Shown piece by piece: positions 22,750 through 32,454 of a stretch of 64,000 nucleotides of DNA. Under the pieces are notes generated by a model, which had not been told where the DNA came from, made no database searches, and saw only the letters and a program-made list of their open reading frames with translations. The stretch's first letter is position 1; each line of letters begins with the position of its first letter. Origin of the DNA: Candidatus Buchananbacteria bacterium (GTDB lineage Bacteria > Patescibacteriota > Patescibacteriia > 2-01-FULL-39-33); the NCBI GenBank assembly GCA_903888345.1, contig CAISTG010000036.1:1988-65987 (forward strand), written 5' to 3'. The translations under genes were made by a program, and so were the position numbers.

Positions 22750-24249
22750 ATGGCAAAAATATCTCAAATTAGGCTTGCCGAAATCTTTCCGGCAGCAATT
22801 ATTATCGCCACATTTCTAGTGGCGATTGGACTTTCGATGGTTAAGCCGATTTGGTCGGTTTATTTTATTATTGTGTTTTCGGTTTATTGGATCGTGCGTT
22901 TGTTTTATATGTTGATTTGGCTGTTGATTTCTTGGTATAAATATCGTCGCGATATTCGCGTTAATTGGTTTGCTGAGCTCAAGCAGTTGCCAAAAAATTA
23001 TTTAGATTATTATCATGTCATTACGCTGCCCACTTACAAAGAGCCTTATGAAGTTATTGAAAGAACTTTTGAGGGTTTATTAAAATGTGAATACCCGGCC
23101 AATAAAATAATTATTGTGTTGGGCGGTGAAGAGGGTGATAAGGAAAATTTCTTGTCAATCGCTGACAGGATTCGGGAGAAATACGCGCTTCATTTTTATC
23201 ACTTTATTACCACTGTTCATCCGCGCAGTCCCGATGAATTACCCGGTAAGGGCAGCAATGTCAATTACATGGAAGGCTTTTTGAAAGAATTTGTCGATGC
23301 CCAGCAATTGCCTTATGAGAATATTATTGTTTCTTGCTTTGATATCGAAACTTTGCCACATCCGCAGTATTTTGCTTGTTTGACTTATAAATATTTGACG
23401 CATCCGAATCCGACCCATGCCAGCTATCAACCATTAGTTTTGTATAACAACAACGTTTGGGAGTCTAACCCAATCATCCGAGTAGTGGCTTGTGCCACCA
23501 CCTTTTGGTTATTGACGGACATGTCACGGTCTGAACGCTTACTGACTTTTTCGAGTCACGCCATGCCATTTAAAATGATTATGGACGTTGGTGGTCATGA
23601 CAAAACGATTGTTTCCGAAGATAGTCGCATTTGTTTGCAGGCGATTGTTAAATATGACGGCGATTATGAGGTGGTGCCGATGTTTGTCACGGTCTCCATG
23701 GATACGGTGTATATTGGTAAATTCTGGCAGTCGCTGGGAAATCAGTATAAGCAGATGCGTCGCTGGGCTTGGGGTGTGGAACATTTCCCTTGGATGTGGG
23801 ATAACTTTTTTGGTAAGCATGCCAATAAGCGCATGCCACTCTCTAAACGTTTAAAATTCCTTTGGGTTCAGGCGGAAGGTATGTATTCTTGGGCTACCGC
23901 GCCATTATTGATTTTGGTTATTGGACGTTTGCCATTGCTCTTAGCTTCCTCTGGCGATAAAGCCACAGCCTTTGTACAAAATGCGCCGATCACTTTGGAG
24001 CGCTTGATGACTGTCGGTATGTTCGGTTTAATTTTGAATGCTGTGATGTATACCTTCGTGTTGCCCGAACGGCCGAAAGATAAATCATTATTTAATTATC
24101 TGATCATGGTGGCACAGTGGGTAATTTTTCCTTTCACGATGATAATTTTTGGTTCGATCCCAGCGATTGATGCGCAACTCCGATTACTTTTGGGTGGCAA
24201 GTATCGTTTGGGTTTTTGGGTCACTGAGAAAAAAATAACTTCTAAATAA
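22750..24249 (+). CDS. Membrane GT2 glycosyltransferase (processive/cellulose-synthase-like)
   Basis: LPTYKEP, GKGSN, FDIET, SEDS, QMRRW (QxxRW), flanking TM helices. Confidence 0.85.
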   Translation: MAKISQIRLAEIFPAAIIIATFLVAIGLSMVKPIWSVYFIIVFSVYWIVRLFYMLIWLLISWYKYRRDIRVNWFAELKQLPKNYLDYYHVITLPTYKEPYEVIERTFEGLLKCEYPANKIIIVLGGEEGDKENFLSIADRIREKYALHFYHFITTVHPRSPDELPGKGSNVNYMEGFLKEFVDAQQLPYENIIVSCFDIETLPHPQYFACLTYKYLTHPNPTHASYQPLVLYNNNVWESNPIIRVVACATTFWLLTDMSRSERLLTFSSHAMPFKMIMDVGGHDKTIVSEDSRICLQAIVKYDGDYEVVPMFVTVSMDTVYIGKFWQSLGNQYKQMRRWAWGVEHFPWMWDNFFGKHANKRMPLSKRLKFLWVQAEGMYSWATAPLLILVIGRLPLLLASSGDKATAFVQNAPITLERLMTVGMFGLILNAVMYTFVLPERPKDKSLFNYLIMVAQWVIFPFTMIIFGSIPAIDAQLRLLLGGKYRLGFWVTEKKITSK

Positions 24250-24250
24250 A

Positions 24251-25294
24251 ATGAATCAGGCTAGTAATAAAGTAATTTTTATAATCGTCACGCGAAACAG
24301 CAAACGGTTTATGCCGTCGTGCTTAGAATCGATTTTAAATCAGACTAATCGTGACTTTCAAGTGGCGGTCATTGATAATAATTCTGCTGATGGCACCGCT
24401 AGTTTTGTGCGTTCTAATTATCCAATGGTTTCGGTTATTGAGAACAATAAGAATACTGGTTTTGCCAAAGCTAATAATCAAGGCATTAGGTTATTTAAAG
24501 CGCCTTATGTGATTTTATGTAATCCAGATATTGTGTTGACGCCGGACTGGTTAGAAAAAATGCTGGCGGCAGCTGAAGCAGAGGAAAACCGCGGCTATGG
24601 GGTTTTTGGTGGACGCTTGCTCAAATTAAAAATGTTGAATTTAGAAACTGGTGATATGGAAAAAACGGAGGTGGTGGACTCTTGTGGTTTGAAATTGTTA
24701 AAAAATCATCGATTCGTGGAATTAGGGGCAGGCGAAGATCAATCCAATTGGACAACTGATCAACAAGTGTTTGGTCACTCTGGTGCGCTGGTAATGTTTC
24801 GTCGCACCGCTTTAGAAGAAGTAGCGATTCGAGATAAATTTCATCAGTTGGGCGATTATTTGGACGGTAGCTTTTTCTTTTATAAAGAGGATGTTGATTT
24901 GGCTTGGCGGCTAAATGTTTTGGGCTTCAAGTCTCTGCTGGTAGCTGGTGCCACCGCTTATCATTTGCGCACCTTTTCTTTAAGCGAAACAATTAAGACG
25001 AGTGAGGTGATTAGCAATCGTCGGCAGCAGAATTATCTCGCTAAATATTATTCTTATCGTAATCATTTATTGTTGTTGTTGGAAAATTCATTTTTCAGTA
25101 ATTTATTTTTGTATAGCCCACAGATTTTCTGGTTGGAGTTAAAAAAGTTAATTTACGTAATCTTTTTTGAGCCGCGAAATTTACTAGCTTGGGTGGAAGT
25201 AATTAAAATGGTGCCGGAGATTAGAATCAAGCGTCAACAGCTCATGGCGCAAGCTAAGATACTGCCAAGAGATTTTCGTGAATGGCTGGGATAA
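24251..25294 (+). CDS. GT2 glycosyltransferase
   Basis: IDNNSADG, NTGFAKANNQG, NPD, YKEDVDLAWR. Confidence 0.9.
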   Translation: MNQASNKVIFIIVTRNSKRFMPSCLESILNQTNRDFQVAVIDNNSADGTASFVRSNYPMVSVIENNKNTGFAKANNQGIRLFKAPYVILCNPDIVLTPDWLEKMLAAAEAEENRGYGVFGGRLLKLKMLNLETGDMEKTEVVDSCGLKLLKNHRFVELGAGEDQSNWTTDQQVFGHSGALVMFRRTALEEVAIRDKFHQLGDYLDGSFFFYKEDVDLAWRLNVLGFKSLLVAGATAYHLRTFSLSETIKTSEVISNRRQQNYLAKYYSYRNHLLLLLENSFFSNLFLYSPQIFWLELKKLIYVIFFEPRNLLAWVEVIKMVPEIRIKRQQLMAQAKILPRDFREWLG

Positions 25295-25326
25295 ATAATT
25301 ACGAATTGAAAATTAAGAATAACAAA

Positions 25327-26100
25327 ATGGAAATTTCAATCATTATTAATAATTATAAAACTCGAGGTCTACTCAAACAATGCCTGAAGGGGATTTATGC
25401 TAATCCGCCAGCAGTGCCTTTTGAAGTTGTTGTTGTTGATAATAATTCTGGTGATGGTTCGGTGGAGTTAGTGCAGGAAATGTTTCCGCGGGTTATGGTT
25501 ATCGCCTCTAAAGAAAATCTTGGCCACCATAAGGGTAATAATCTCGGTATCAAGAATTCGACTGGCAAATATATTTTAATTTTAAATACGGATATTGCGG
25601 TCATGGATGATGCCTTCGATAAGATGTATCGATTTCTCGAAGATCAGCCTCAAGTGGCTTTAATTGGGCCGAAGTTAAAAAATCCTGACGGGAGCATTCA
25701 AATGTCTTGCATGCGTTTTCCGCATTTACTCACGCCGTTTTATCGCCGCACTTTTTTGGGTAAATTTAAATTCGCTCAAGATGAAGTTCGGCAGTACTTG
25801 ATGGAAGACTTTAATCATCTAGAAACGAAACCAGTTGATTGGATCTTGGGTGCCTGCGAAATGGTGCGCCGCAGCGCAATTGATCAAGTCGGCGGCATGG
25901 ACGAAGATTTATTTTTATATTTTGGCGATGTGGCTTGGTGTAAAAAATTCTGGTTGGCGGGATTGCCCGTATATTATTTTGCTGATTGTGAAATTATTCA
26001 TTATCACAAGCGTGAGTCGGCTGAAAGTGGTATTCTATCGAGAATTTTCTGGATTCATATTTTAGATTGGATTCGGTATTTGACCAAGTGTTACAAATAA
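25327..26100 (+). CDS. GT2 glycosyltransferase (WbbL-like)
   Basis: ISIIINNYK, VVDNNSGDG, LNTD, GGMDEDLFLY; ATG 25327 preferred. Confidence 0.88.
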   Translation: MEISIIINNYKTRGLLKQCLKGIYANPPAVPFEVVVVDNNSGDGSVELVQEMFPRVMVIASKENLGHHKGNNLGIKNSTGKYILILNTDIAVMDDAFDKMYRFLEDQPQVALIGPKLKNPDGSIQMSCMRFPHLLTPFYRRTFLGKFKFAQDEVRQYLMEDFNHLETKPVDWILGACEMVRRSAIDQVGGMDEDLFLYFGDVAWCKKFWLAGLPVYYFADCEIIHYHKRESAESGILSRIFWIHILDWIRYLTKCYK

Positions 26101-26108
26101 TTATTTTG

Positions 26109-26273
26109 ACTTTCCACTTTTAACTTTTAACTAACTATTCTAACCTTTTAACTTTTAACTTTTAACTTTCCACTTTTAACTAACTATTCTAACCTTTTAA
26201 CTTTTAACTTTCCACTTTTAACTTTTAACTAACTATTCTAACCTTTCCACTTTCCACTTTTAACTTTTAACTA
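26109..26273. repeat. Heptamer tandem array (ACTTTTA/ACTTTCC) with a 49-bp higher-order period
   Basis: ACTAACTATTCTAACCTTT at 26130, 26179 and 26228, separated by heptamers. Confidence 0.92.
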
Positions 26274-26284
26274 TTTATATATCT

Positions 26285-28255
26285 ATGTTCTTTCGCCGTA
26301 AACCTTGGTTGGCCAATTATCTGACCGATCACAATTTAATTAAGCGCCCCACTTCGTGGTGGAAAAAACTCCTACCGGTAGCTATTGTTGTTGGTGTTAT
26401 TTTGTTGATCGTAGTTGTTCCACTTGGCGTGAGTGGTTATCAAATTTATAGTAAATTAGTTAACTTAAATAAATTGGCGGAAGTAATGATTGCTGATGTT
26501 AAGGCAGGGAAGTTAACGGAGGTTAAAAATAATTTGTCAGCGGTTGAGGGCGACTTAATTTATATTAAAGCGAAAGCGAAATTAGCGGGACCAATTTTAC
26601 TTTGGCCGTCTATCGGCAAAACCGCCAAAACGGCGGATCAGATGCTTTCTGCCTCGATTGATTTATTGCAAGGCTATCAGCAGATTTTGGGAGTATTTTC
26701 TGATTTAACGAGCTCCACTGATGAAACACAGGTTATCACTAGTTTTAATTCACCAGAAGGCAAAAAGAAAATGCTCGCTGCCATTGTTAAAAATAGAAGT
26801 ACTTTAGAGGAGGCAAAATTCAAAATTAAAGCGGCCAAGATGGAGTTGGCAGCGATTAATACCAATGACTTGACTGGAATATTGAAAGATAAAGTTATTT
26901 ATGTCAATAATTTACTTTATGAAATTACTGATCAAAGTTATGTCGCCTTGCCTTTGTTTAAATATTTGCCGGAGTTGGCTGGCTATGGAATTGAAAAGAA
27001 TTACTTGATACTATTTCAGAATAATATGGAATTGCGGCCGACGGGCGGCTTTATTGGGAGCTATGGGTTAATCAAAGTTAAGGATGGTGAGATTATTAGT
27101 ATCACGACTGATGATATTTATAATTTAGATAAGTATTCTAAAGATATTTTGAAAGTACCAGCGCCTTGGGCAATGACCGCCTATAATGGCCAGAAATATT
27201 TGTTTTTGCGTGATGCTAATTGGTCGCCCGATTGGCCGACTGATGCCGAGCAAATCTTGTGGCTCTGGGATATCGAACGTGCCAACGCCAAATTACCACC
27301 GCAGAAGTTAGACGGCATTATCGCCATTACACCGGATTTTATAGCCAATTTTTTGGATTTGACGGGGCCAATAACGGTGGACGGAGTTACTTTCCATAAA
27401 AACAATTTTGCCATTGAATTGGAGCAGGCGGTGGAATTTAATTATGTCGATAAGGGCATTCCCATTGAGCAACGCAAAGCGATTATTGGTGATTTGACCA
27501 AAGAAATTATGAAGCGAGTCATGGCCTCTTCGCCAACTCAGCTGCTAGCACTCTGGGGTATTATGAAAGATAATATCGAGAGCAAACAAATTATTGCCTG
27601 GTTGAATGACGCGACCTTACAGGATTATTTCTCGAATGAAAATTGGTCCGGCGAGGTGCGAGCGGCGGACTCTGATTATTTGTATGTCGTTGATGCTAAC
27701 TTGGCGGCATTAAAAACTGATTCAGTTATGAAACGTTCGACTAGCTATGCTTTGTCGGTTGATGCGAATGGGGATTTAACTGCTCGTGCGGAAATAACTT
27801 ATCAACACGCCGGCAAGGCGGTGCAAGCCTTGATTAGTAAGTATCGTACTTATACTAGAGTCTATACGCCAGAAGGCACTTGGTTTACAAAGATTTATAC
27901 TAAAGACAAGACCGGCGTTCAGAATTATGACTTACAAAAGAATGTGGAGCTGAAAAGTGAATTGGGTAAACGTTCGGCAGGAGTATTTTTAGAGGTCCAG
28001 CCGGGAGAAACCAAAACCTTAGTTTTGGAATACAAATTACCGGCTAGTGTCAAGACTTTATACCAAAATGGCCTCTATAAATTGCTCGTCCAGAAGCAAC
28101 CGGGGACGACTGGACATAACCTGGGAATTGATTTAAAATTTGGGCAACTGATAACCGCTTATCATGCTGATAAATTGCCGGTGAGTTTTAAGGGAAAGAA
28201 TCTATTGTTTAACTTGGATTTGAATTCAGATCAAGAAGTAACGGTTAAATTTTAG
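26285..28255 (+). CDS. DUF4012-type membrane-anchored protein
   Basis: YLILFQNNMELRPTGGFIGS, RDANWSPDWP, QKQPG. Confidence 0.82.
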   Translation: MFFRRKPWLANYLTDHNLIKRPTSWWKKLLPVAIVVGVILLIVVVPLGVSGYQIYSKLVNLNKLAEVMIADVKAGKLTEVKNNLSAVEGDLIYIKAKAKLAGPILLWPSIGKTAKTADQMLSASIDLLQGYQQILGVFSDLTSSTDETQVITSFNSPEGKKKMLAAIVKNRSTLEEAKFKIKAAKMELAAINTNDLTGILKDKVIYVNNLLYEITDQSYVALPLFKYLPELAGYGIEKNYLILFQNNMELRPTGGFIGSYGLIKVKDGEIISITTDDIYNLDKYSKDILKVPAPWAMTAYNGQKYLFLRDANWSPDWPTDAEQILWLWDIERANAKLPPQKLDGIIAITPDFIANFLDLTGPITVDGVTFHKNNFAIELEQAVEFNYVDKGIPIEQRKAIIGDLTKEIMKRVMASSPTQLLALWGIMKDNIESKQIIAWLNDATLQDYFSNENWSGEVRAADSDYLYVVDANLAALKTDSVMKRSTSYALSVDANGDLTARAEITYQHAGKAVQALISKYRTYTRVYTPEGTWFTKIYTKDKTGVQNYDLQKNVELKSELGKRSAGVFLEVQPGETKTLVLEYKLPASVKTLYQNGLYKLLVQKQPGTTGHNLGIDLKFGQLITAYHADKLPVSFKGKNLLFNLDLNSDQEVTVKF

Positions 28256-28283
28256 GGAGGAGTTTAATAATTAAGCCAGTAAC

Positions 28284-29285
28284 ATGAAAAAAATCGGAAT
28301 TGATTTGGGAACTACAAATATCTTAGTCTACATGCCGGGTAAGGGCGTCGTTATTAATGAACCGTCAGTGGTAGCGATTTCAGCGATTGATAAGAAAGTG
28401 ATTGCGGTTGGTTTAGAAGCCAAAGAAATGTTGGGCCGTACGCCGGACACAATTATTGCGCAGAAGCCACTCAAAGATGGTGTGATTGCTGATTACAAAA
28501 CTACCGAAGCGATGTTGCGTTATTTTATCAACAAAGCAATCGGCGGCATTAGATTATTTCGTCCGGAAGTTATGGTCGCTGTTCCAGCGGGCATTACTTC
28601 AACTGAACGCAAGGCAGTTATTGATGCGACGATTGCCGCTGGCGCTAAAGCGGCTTACATTATTAAAGAACCGGTGGTTGCCGCGATCGGGGCGAATATT
28701 CCCATTGGTTCCGCTTCGGGTCATATGATTATTGATATTGGAGGTGGTACTTCCGAAATCGCGGTGATTTCTTTGGGTGGCATCGTCACTTCGACTTCCG
28801 TGCGTATTGGTGGCAATAAATTAGATCATGCTATTACCGAATTTATTCGACGCAAACATAATTTAGCGATTGGTGAACGTACGGCTGAAGAGGTGAAGAT
28901 CAATGTTGGCTCGGCCTTATATTTGAAAGAAAAAATGTATATGGAGGTGCGGGGTCGTGATATGATTTCTGGTTTACCAAAAACGATCAAGGTTTCTTCT
29001 GATGATATTACCGAAGCGATTCAGCCAGAGTTAGAGGGGATTGTGATGGCCGTGAAATCTGTCTTGCATGAAACACCACCAGAACTTTCCGCAGATGTGA
29101 TTACTAATGGTATTACGATGTCTGGCGGAACTAGTTTGTTACGTAATATTGATAAATTAGTAACGCAAGCCACTGGTATCTCGACTTATGTCGCTGATGA
29201 TGCGCTGTATTGTGTGGCCAAAGGAACTGGCATCGCTTTAGAGAATTTAGAGAGTTATAAACGAAGTATCTTGGCAACAAAATAG
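28284..29285 (+). CDS. mreB: MreB/Mbl, stand-alone paralog 1
   Basis: GIDLGTTN, EPSVVA, KEPVVAAIG, DIGGGTSE, GRDMISGLP. Confidence 0.93.
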   Translation: MKKIGIDLGTTNILVYMPGKGVVINEPSVVAISAIDKKVIAVGLEAKEMLGRTPDTIIAQKPLKDGVIADYKTTEAMLRYFINKAIGGIRLFRPEVMVAVPAGITSTERKAVIDATIAAGAKAAYIIKEPVVAAIGANIPIGSASGHMIIDIGGGTSEIAVISLGGIVTSTSVRIGGNKLDHAITEFIRRKHNLAIGERTAEEVKINVGSALYLKEKMYMEVRGRDMISGLPKTIKVSSDDITEAIQPELEGIVMAVKSVLHETPPELSADVITNGITMSGGTSLLRNIDKLVTQATGISTYVADDALYCVAKGTGIALENLESYKRSILATK

Positions 29286-29306
29286 TTAATAGTAATTTAA
29301 AATATT

Positions 29307-29346
29307 AAAAAAGCTCCGCGCTGGGTTTGGACCAGGGTGGAGCTTT
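29307..29346. terminator. Terminator between mreB and cassette C2
   Basis: AAAGCTCCGC...GTGGAGCTTT with a flanking A run. Confidence 0.75.
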
Positions 29347-29378
29347 AAAGAACGGTTTGGGTTGTTGGCGGGGCCGAG

Positions 29379-29588
29379 TTATTCGGCTGCCGGGCGGTAG
29401 ACGACAACGCGCTTTATGTACGGATTGGAGGTTTCATGGACCATGTCTGTGGTGCGGATAATCTCTTCCGCTCCCAGTCTGTTGGTGTCTTGGTCCAGAA
29501 ACTGATATACAGTTTCGATGCTTCTCTGGAAGAGTGAGACCACAAATGTTTTGACGAGTGGCGGCTGTTTCTGTGTTGTGTCTGACAT
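29379..29588 (-). CDS. Orphan small protein (C2)
   Basis: CAACCAACAAAGGAG leader; ends at the terminator. Confidence 0.65.
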   Translation of the reverse strand: MSDTTQKQPPLVKTFVVSLFQRSIETVYQFLDQDTNRLGAEEIIRTTDMVHETSNPYIKRVVVYRPAAE

Positions 29589-29637
29589 GGATCATACTCC
29601 TTTGTTGGTTGTGATGGTTTTTTGATCGATATTACGC

Positions 29638-29925
29638 TTACGATTTCTTGCCAGGAGTCAGTACCAGAATGAACCCCGGGTCTGCTCCACTGTACCAGTG
29701 GATGCGTAAAGCGAGACCTCCGTAATAGGCATCGTAGAGTTCCTGCATGTCTTCGAGTGACTCGCAGACAAACAGTCGTTCTCCCAGTCCTTGGTCGTAG
29801 CCGCAGATGACCCGATGATCTTTTGATGGTAGCGAAGGCATTTTTGTCGGCCGCCCGCTAATGTCGCAGATTCGCCTCATGTCATCGGCTCCCGCAACGT
29901 TAGTCTTTTTTCCAAGCTCGATCAT
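29638..29925 (-). CDS. Orphan small protein (C2)
   Basis: AAGGAG SD, first gene after a consensus promoter. Confidence 0.7.
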   Translation of the reverse strand: MIELGKKTNVAGADDMRRICDISGRPTKMPSLPSKDHRVICGYDQGLGERLFVCESLEDMQELYDAYYGGLALRIHWYSGADPGFILVLTPGKKS

Positions 29926-29998
29926 GTTAAGGTGCTCCTTTTCGATGTTGATTTGACCACGAATCCCGTGGCGGAATTTACTAAACAGGTAATATTAG

Positions 29999-30027
29999 AT
30001 TATATTATATATACTATAATATGTCAA
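29999..30027 (-). promoter_or_regulatory. Consensus sigma70 promoter of C2
   Basis: TTGACA-17-TATAAT. Confidence 0.8.
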
Positions 30028-30073
30028 TAGCAGTTATTATTAAAAATAATTATTTTTGCTAAATTTAGATAAT

Positions 30074-31249
30074 ATGAAAATTGGAATCGACGCTTCACGC
30101 GCCAACAAACCAAATAAAACAGGAACCGAGTGGTATAGCTACCATATTATTGAGGAACTTAAGAAAATCGTTAATCCTGACGATCGGGTTTTGTTGTATA
30201 CCAATTCTGTCCTAACTGGCGGGTTGGAAAATTTACCGACTAATTTTATAGAGAAGGATTTAGCGTGGCCGCCTAAGTATCTTTGGACGCAAATTAGATT
30301 GTGGTGGGAACTAATAGTTTCTCCACCTGATGTGTTATTAGTACCCGCTCATACGATTCCTTTTTTGCCGTTGCCAAAGAAAATTAAAGTTTGTGTTAAT
30401 GTTCATGATGTCGGCTTTAAGCGAAGTCCAGAATTATATAAACCGATTCAGGTTTGGTATCATGATTTGACGATGCGGCGCATTAAGCAACGGGCTGATG
30501 TGATTATTACGATTTCCGAATTTTCGAAAAAGGAAATTATTGAGTTGTATCAAGTGCCAGAAAATAAAATTAAGGTAGTCTATTTGGGATTTGATGCGGA
30601 GAAGTATCATCGCCCTAGTGTCATCCTGAATGAAGCGGAGCGCAATGAAGGATCTCAAGTATTGCCACGGGATCCTTCGCAAGCTCAGGATGACGTATTA
30701 AAAAAATACAATATTAAACAACCTTATCTATTGTATGTTGGCCGATTGGAAAAAAAGAAAAATATCGCCAACATGATTGCGGCCTTTGCTTTAGCCAAAG
30801 AAGAACAACATGATTTGCAGTTGGTTTTAGCTGGTTCTTCCGGTCATCTTTTCGATGAAATTAAAAAAATCATTACTGACAATAAATTAGAAAACGAAGT
30901 TATTATTACTGGTTATGTTGATCAGGAGGATTTGCCGCAACTTTATAGTTCAGCTGAGATATTTCTTTTTCCAACTTTATATGAAGGCTTTGGGTTGCCT
31001 ATTTTAGAGGGCATGGCTTCCGGTGTTCCGGTTATTACTTCTAATTTTGCACCACATACGGAAGTTGGCGGTGATGCGGCTTATTATGCCGATGCCTACT
31101 CGCCGGAAAGTTTAGCTGATGGTATAATTAAGATATTAACAGATGTCGAATTAAAGCAGTCTTTAATTGCCAAAGGATTGGCGCGAGTCAAAGAATTTTC
31201 TTGGCGACAGACAGCCGAGGCAATTTATAAGATTATCTCCATTATTTAG
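30074..31249 (+). CDS. GT4 glycosyltransferase carrying an in-frame palindromic insert
   Basis: MKIGIDAS, YVGRLEKKKN, FPTLYEGFGLPILEGMASG; ATG 30074. Confidence 0.92.
   Translation: MKIGIDASRANKPNKTGTEWYSYHIIEELKKIVNPDDRVLLYTNSVLTGGLENLPTNFIEKDLAWPPKYLWTQIRLWWELIVSPPDVLLVPAHTIPFLPLPKKIKVCVNVHDVGFKRSPELYKPIQVWYHDLTMRRIKQRADVIITISEFSKKEIIELYQVPENKIKVVYLGFDAEKYHRPSVILNEAERNEGSQVLPRDPSQAQDDVLKKYNIKQPYLLYVGRLEKKKNIANMIAAFALAKEEQHDLQLVLAGSSGHLFDEIKKIITDNKLENEVIITGYVDQEDLPQLYSSAEIFLFPTLYEGFGLPILEGMASGVPVITSNFAPHTEVGGDAAYYADAYSPESLADGIIKILTDVELKQSLIAKGLARVKEFSWRQTAEAIYKIISII
30620..30694. repeat. 75-bp palindromic element inserted in-frame
   Basis: GTCATCCTGA...GAAGGATC...GATCCTTC...TCAGGATGAC; exactly 25 codons. 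Confidence 0.85.
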
Positions 31250-31271
31250 TAGCACCATTTCGAGTATATTT

Positions 31272-31344
31272 TGTCATTCCGGGCTTGACCCGGAATCTCA
31301 ATTCTAGTTATCGAGGTGGAGTCCGGGTCAAGCCCGGAATGACA
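31272..31344. repeat. REP-like doublet palindrome
   Basis: TGTCATTCCGGGCTTGACCCGGAATC...GAGTCCGGGTCAAGCCCGGAATGACA. Confidence 0.9.
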
Positions 31345-31368
31345 TAGTAGTAATTTATTTATTTATAT

Positions 31369-32337
31369 ATGAAACCAATTTTATTATCTGGCATTAAGCC
31401 AACCGCTCGCGTTCATATCGGAAATTACTTTGGAGCGATGAAACGCTTTGTGGAAATGCAATCAGAGTTTCAGAATTTTAATTTCATTGCTGATTATCAC
31501 GCCCTCAATCAAATGTTGGCAACACCGCAAGAAATTAAGCAATTAACTTTGGAATTAACTGCGGCTTATTTAGCGGTCGGATTAGACCCAAAAAAAACTA
31601 TTTTATTTCGCCAATCAGATGTACCGGAAGTGACCGAGCTTAATTGGATTTTCAATTCTTTAATTACCCCATCATATCTACAAAGCGCCCATGCTTATAA
31701 AGACGCAGTCGCCAAGAAAAAAGATGTGAATATGGGATTATTCTGCTATCCGGTACTGATGGCTGCAGATATTTTAATGTATGATTCTAATGTGGTTCCA
31801 GTTGGTAAGGATCAACAGCAACACGTAGAAATCGCTTGCGACTTGGCCAAGAAGTTTAATCACGTTTATAAAAAAGAAGTGTTTAAGTTGCCGAAAGCAG
31901 TTATTTGGGAGGGCGAGAGTTTACCCGGATTTGATGGCGAAAAGATGAGCAAGAGTAAGGGCAACGTGATTGAATTATTTGAAGCCGAAGAATCGATCAA
32001 GAAAAAGGTGATGAGCATCAAGACAGATTCTAAAGGTGTGCAAGATAAGAAAGATCCGGAAGCTGATTTGATTTTTGCTTATCATAAATTATTTTCCGCT
32101 CAGATGATTGACGAGTTGAGATCTAGATATGAAAATGGCGGTATTGGTTATAAAGAGTCCAAAGATATTTTATTTGCTAATATGATGGCTTACTTAAAAC
32201 CAATGCGTGATAAATATTTCAAATTGATTAAAGATGAAAAGTATTTGAATAAGGTTTTGGCTGATGGCGGTAAGCGGGCTCGCAAAGTGGCGGAGGCTAA
32301 AATGACGGCCGTGCGTAAGGTAATTGGAGTTAGATAA
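31369..32337 (+). CDS. trpS: Tryptophan--tRNA ligase
   Basis: SGIKPT..HIGNY, YPVLMAADIL, PVGKDQ, KMSKS. Confidence 0.96.
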   Translation: MKPILLSGIKPTARVHIGNYFGAMKRFVEMQSEFQNFNFIADYHALNQMLATPQEIKQLTLELTAAYLAVGLDPKKTILFRQSDVPEVTELNWIFNSLITPSYLQSAHAYKDAVAKKKDVNMGLFCYPVLMAADILMYDSNVVPVGKDQQQHVEIACDLAKKFNHVYKKEVFKLPKAVIWEGESLPGFDGEKMSKSKGNVIELFEAEESIKKKVMSIKTDSKGVQDKKDPEADLIFAYHKLFSAQMIDELRSRYENGGIGYKESKDILFANMMAYLKPMRDKYFKLIKDEKYLNKVLADGGKRARKVAEAKMTAVRKVIGVR

Positions 32338-32349
32338 ATATATTTAAAT

Positions 32350-32382
32350 AAAAAAAGCCATTTCAATTGAAGTGGCTTTTTT
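32350..32382 (+). terminator. trpS terminator
   Basis: AAAAAAGCCA...TGGCTTTTTT. Confidence 0.8.
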
Positions 32383-32391
32383 ATGTTTGTG

Positions 32392-32432
32392 AAAAAAAAT
32401 CATCCCGCGAGCCAGGGTGGCGCGCGGGACGG
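32392..32432 (-). terminator. Terminator of C3
   Basis: Minus strand GTCCCGCG...CGCGGGATGA then T8. Confidence 0.8.
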
Positions 32433-32454
32433 GAAGGAACAAATATTAAGAATT

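Noticed and set aside
26109-26273. CRISPR array (21-bp repeat with 28-bp spacers)
   Set aside because: The spacers are themselves heptamer repeats, not unique; no cas genes
30037-30064. dif/pdif site
   Set aside because: Partial XerD-like arm only; no XerC arm at the correct spacing
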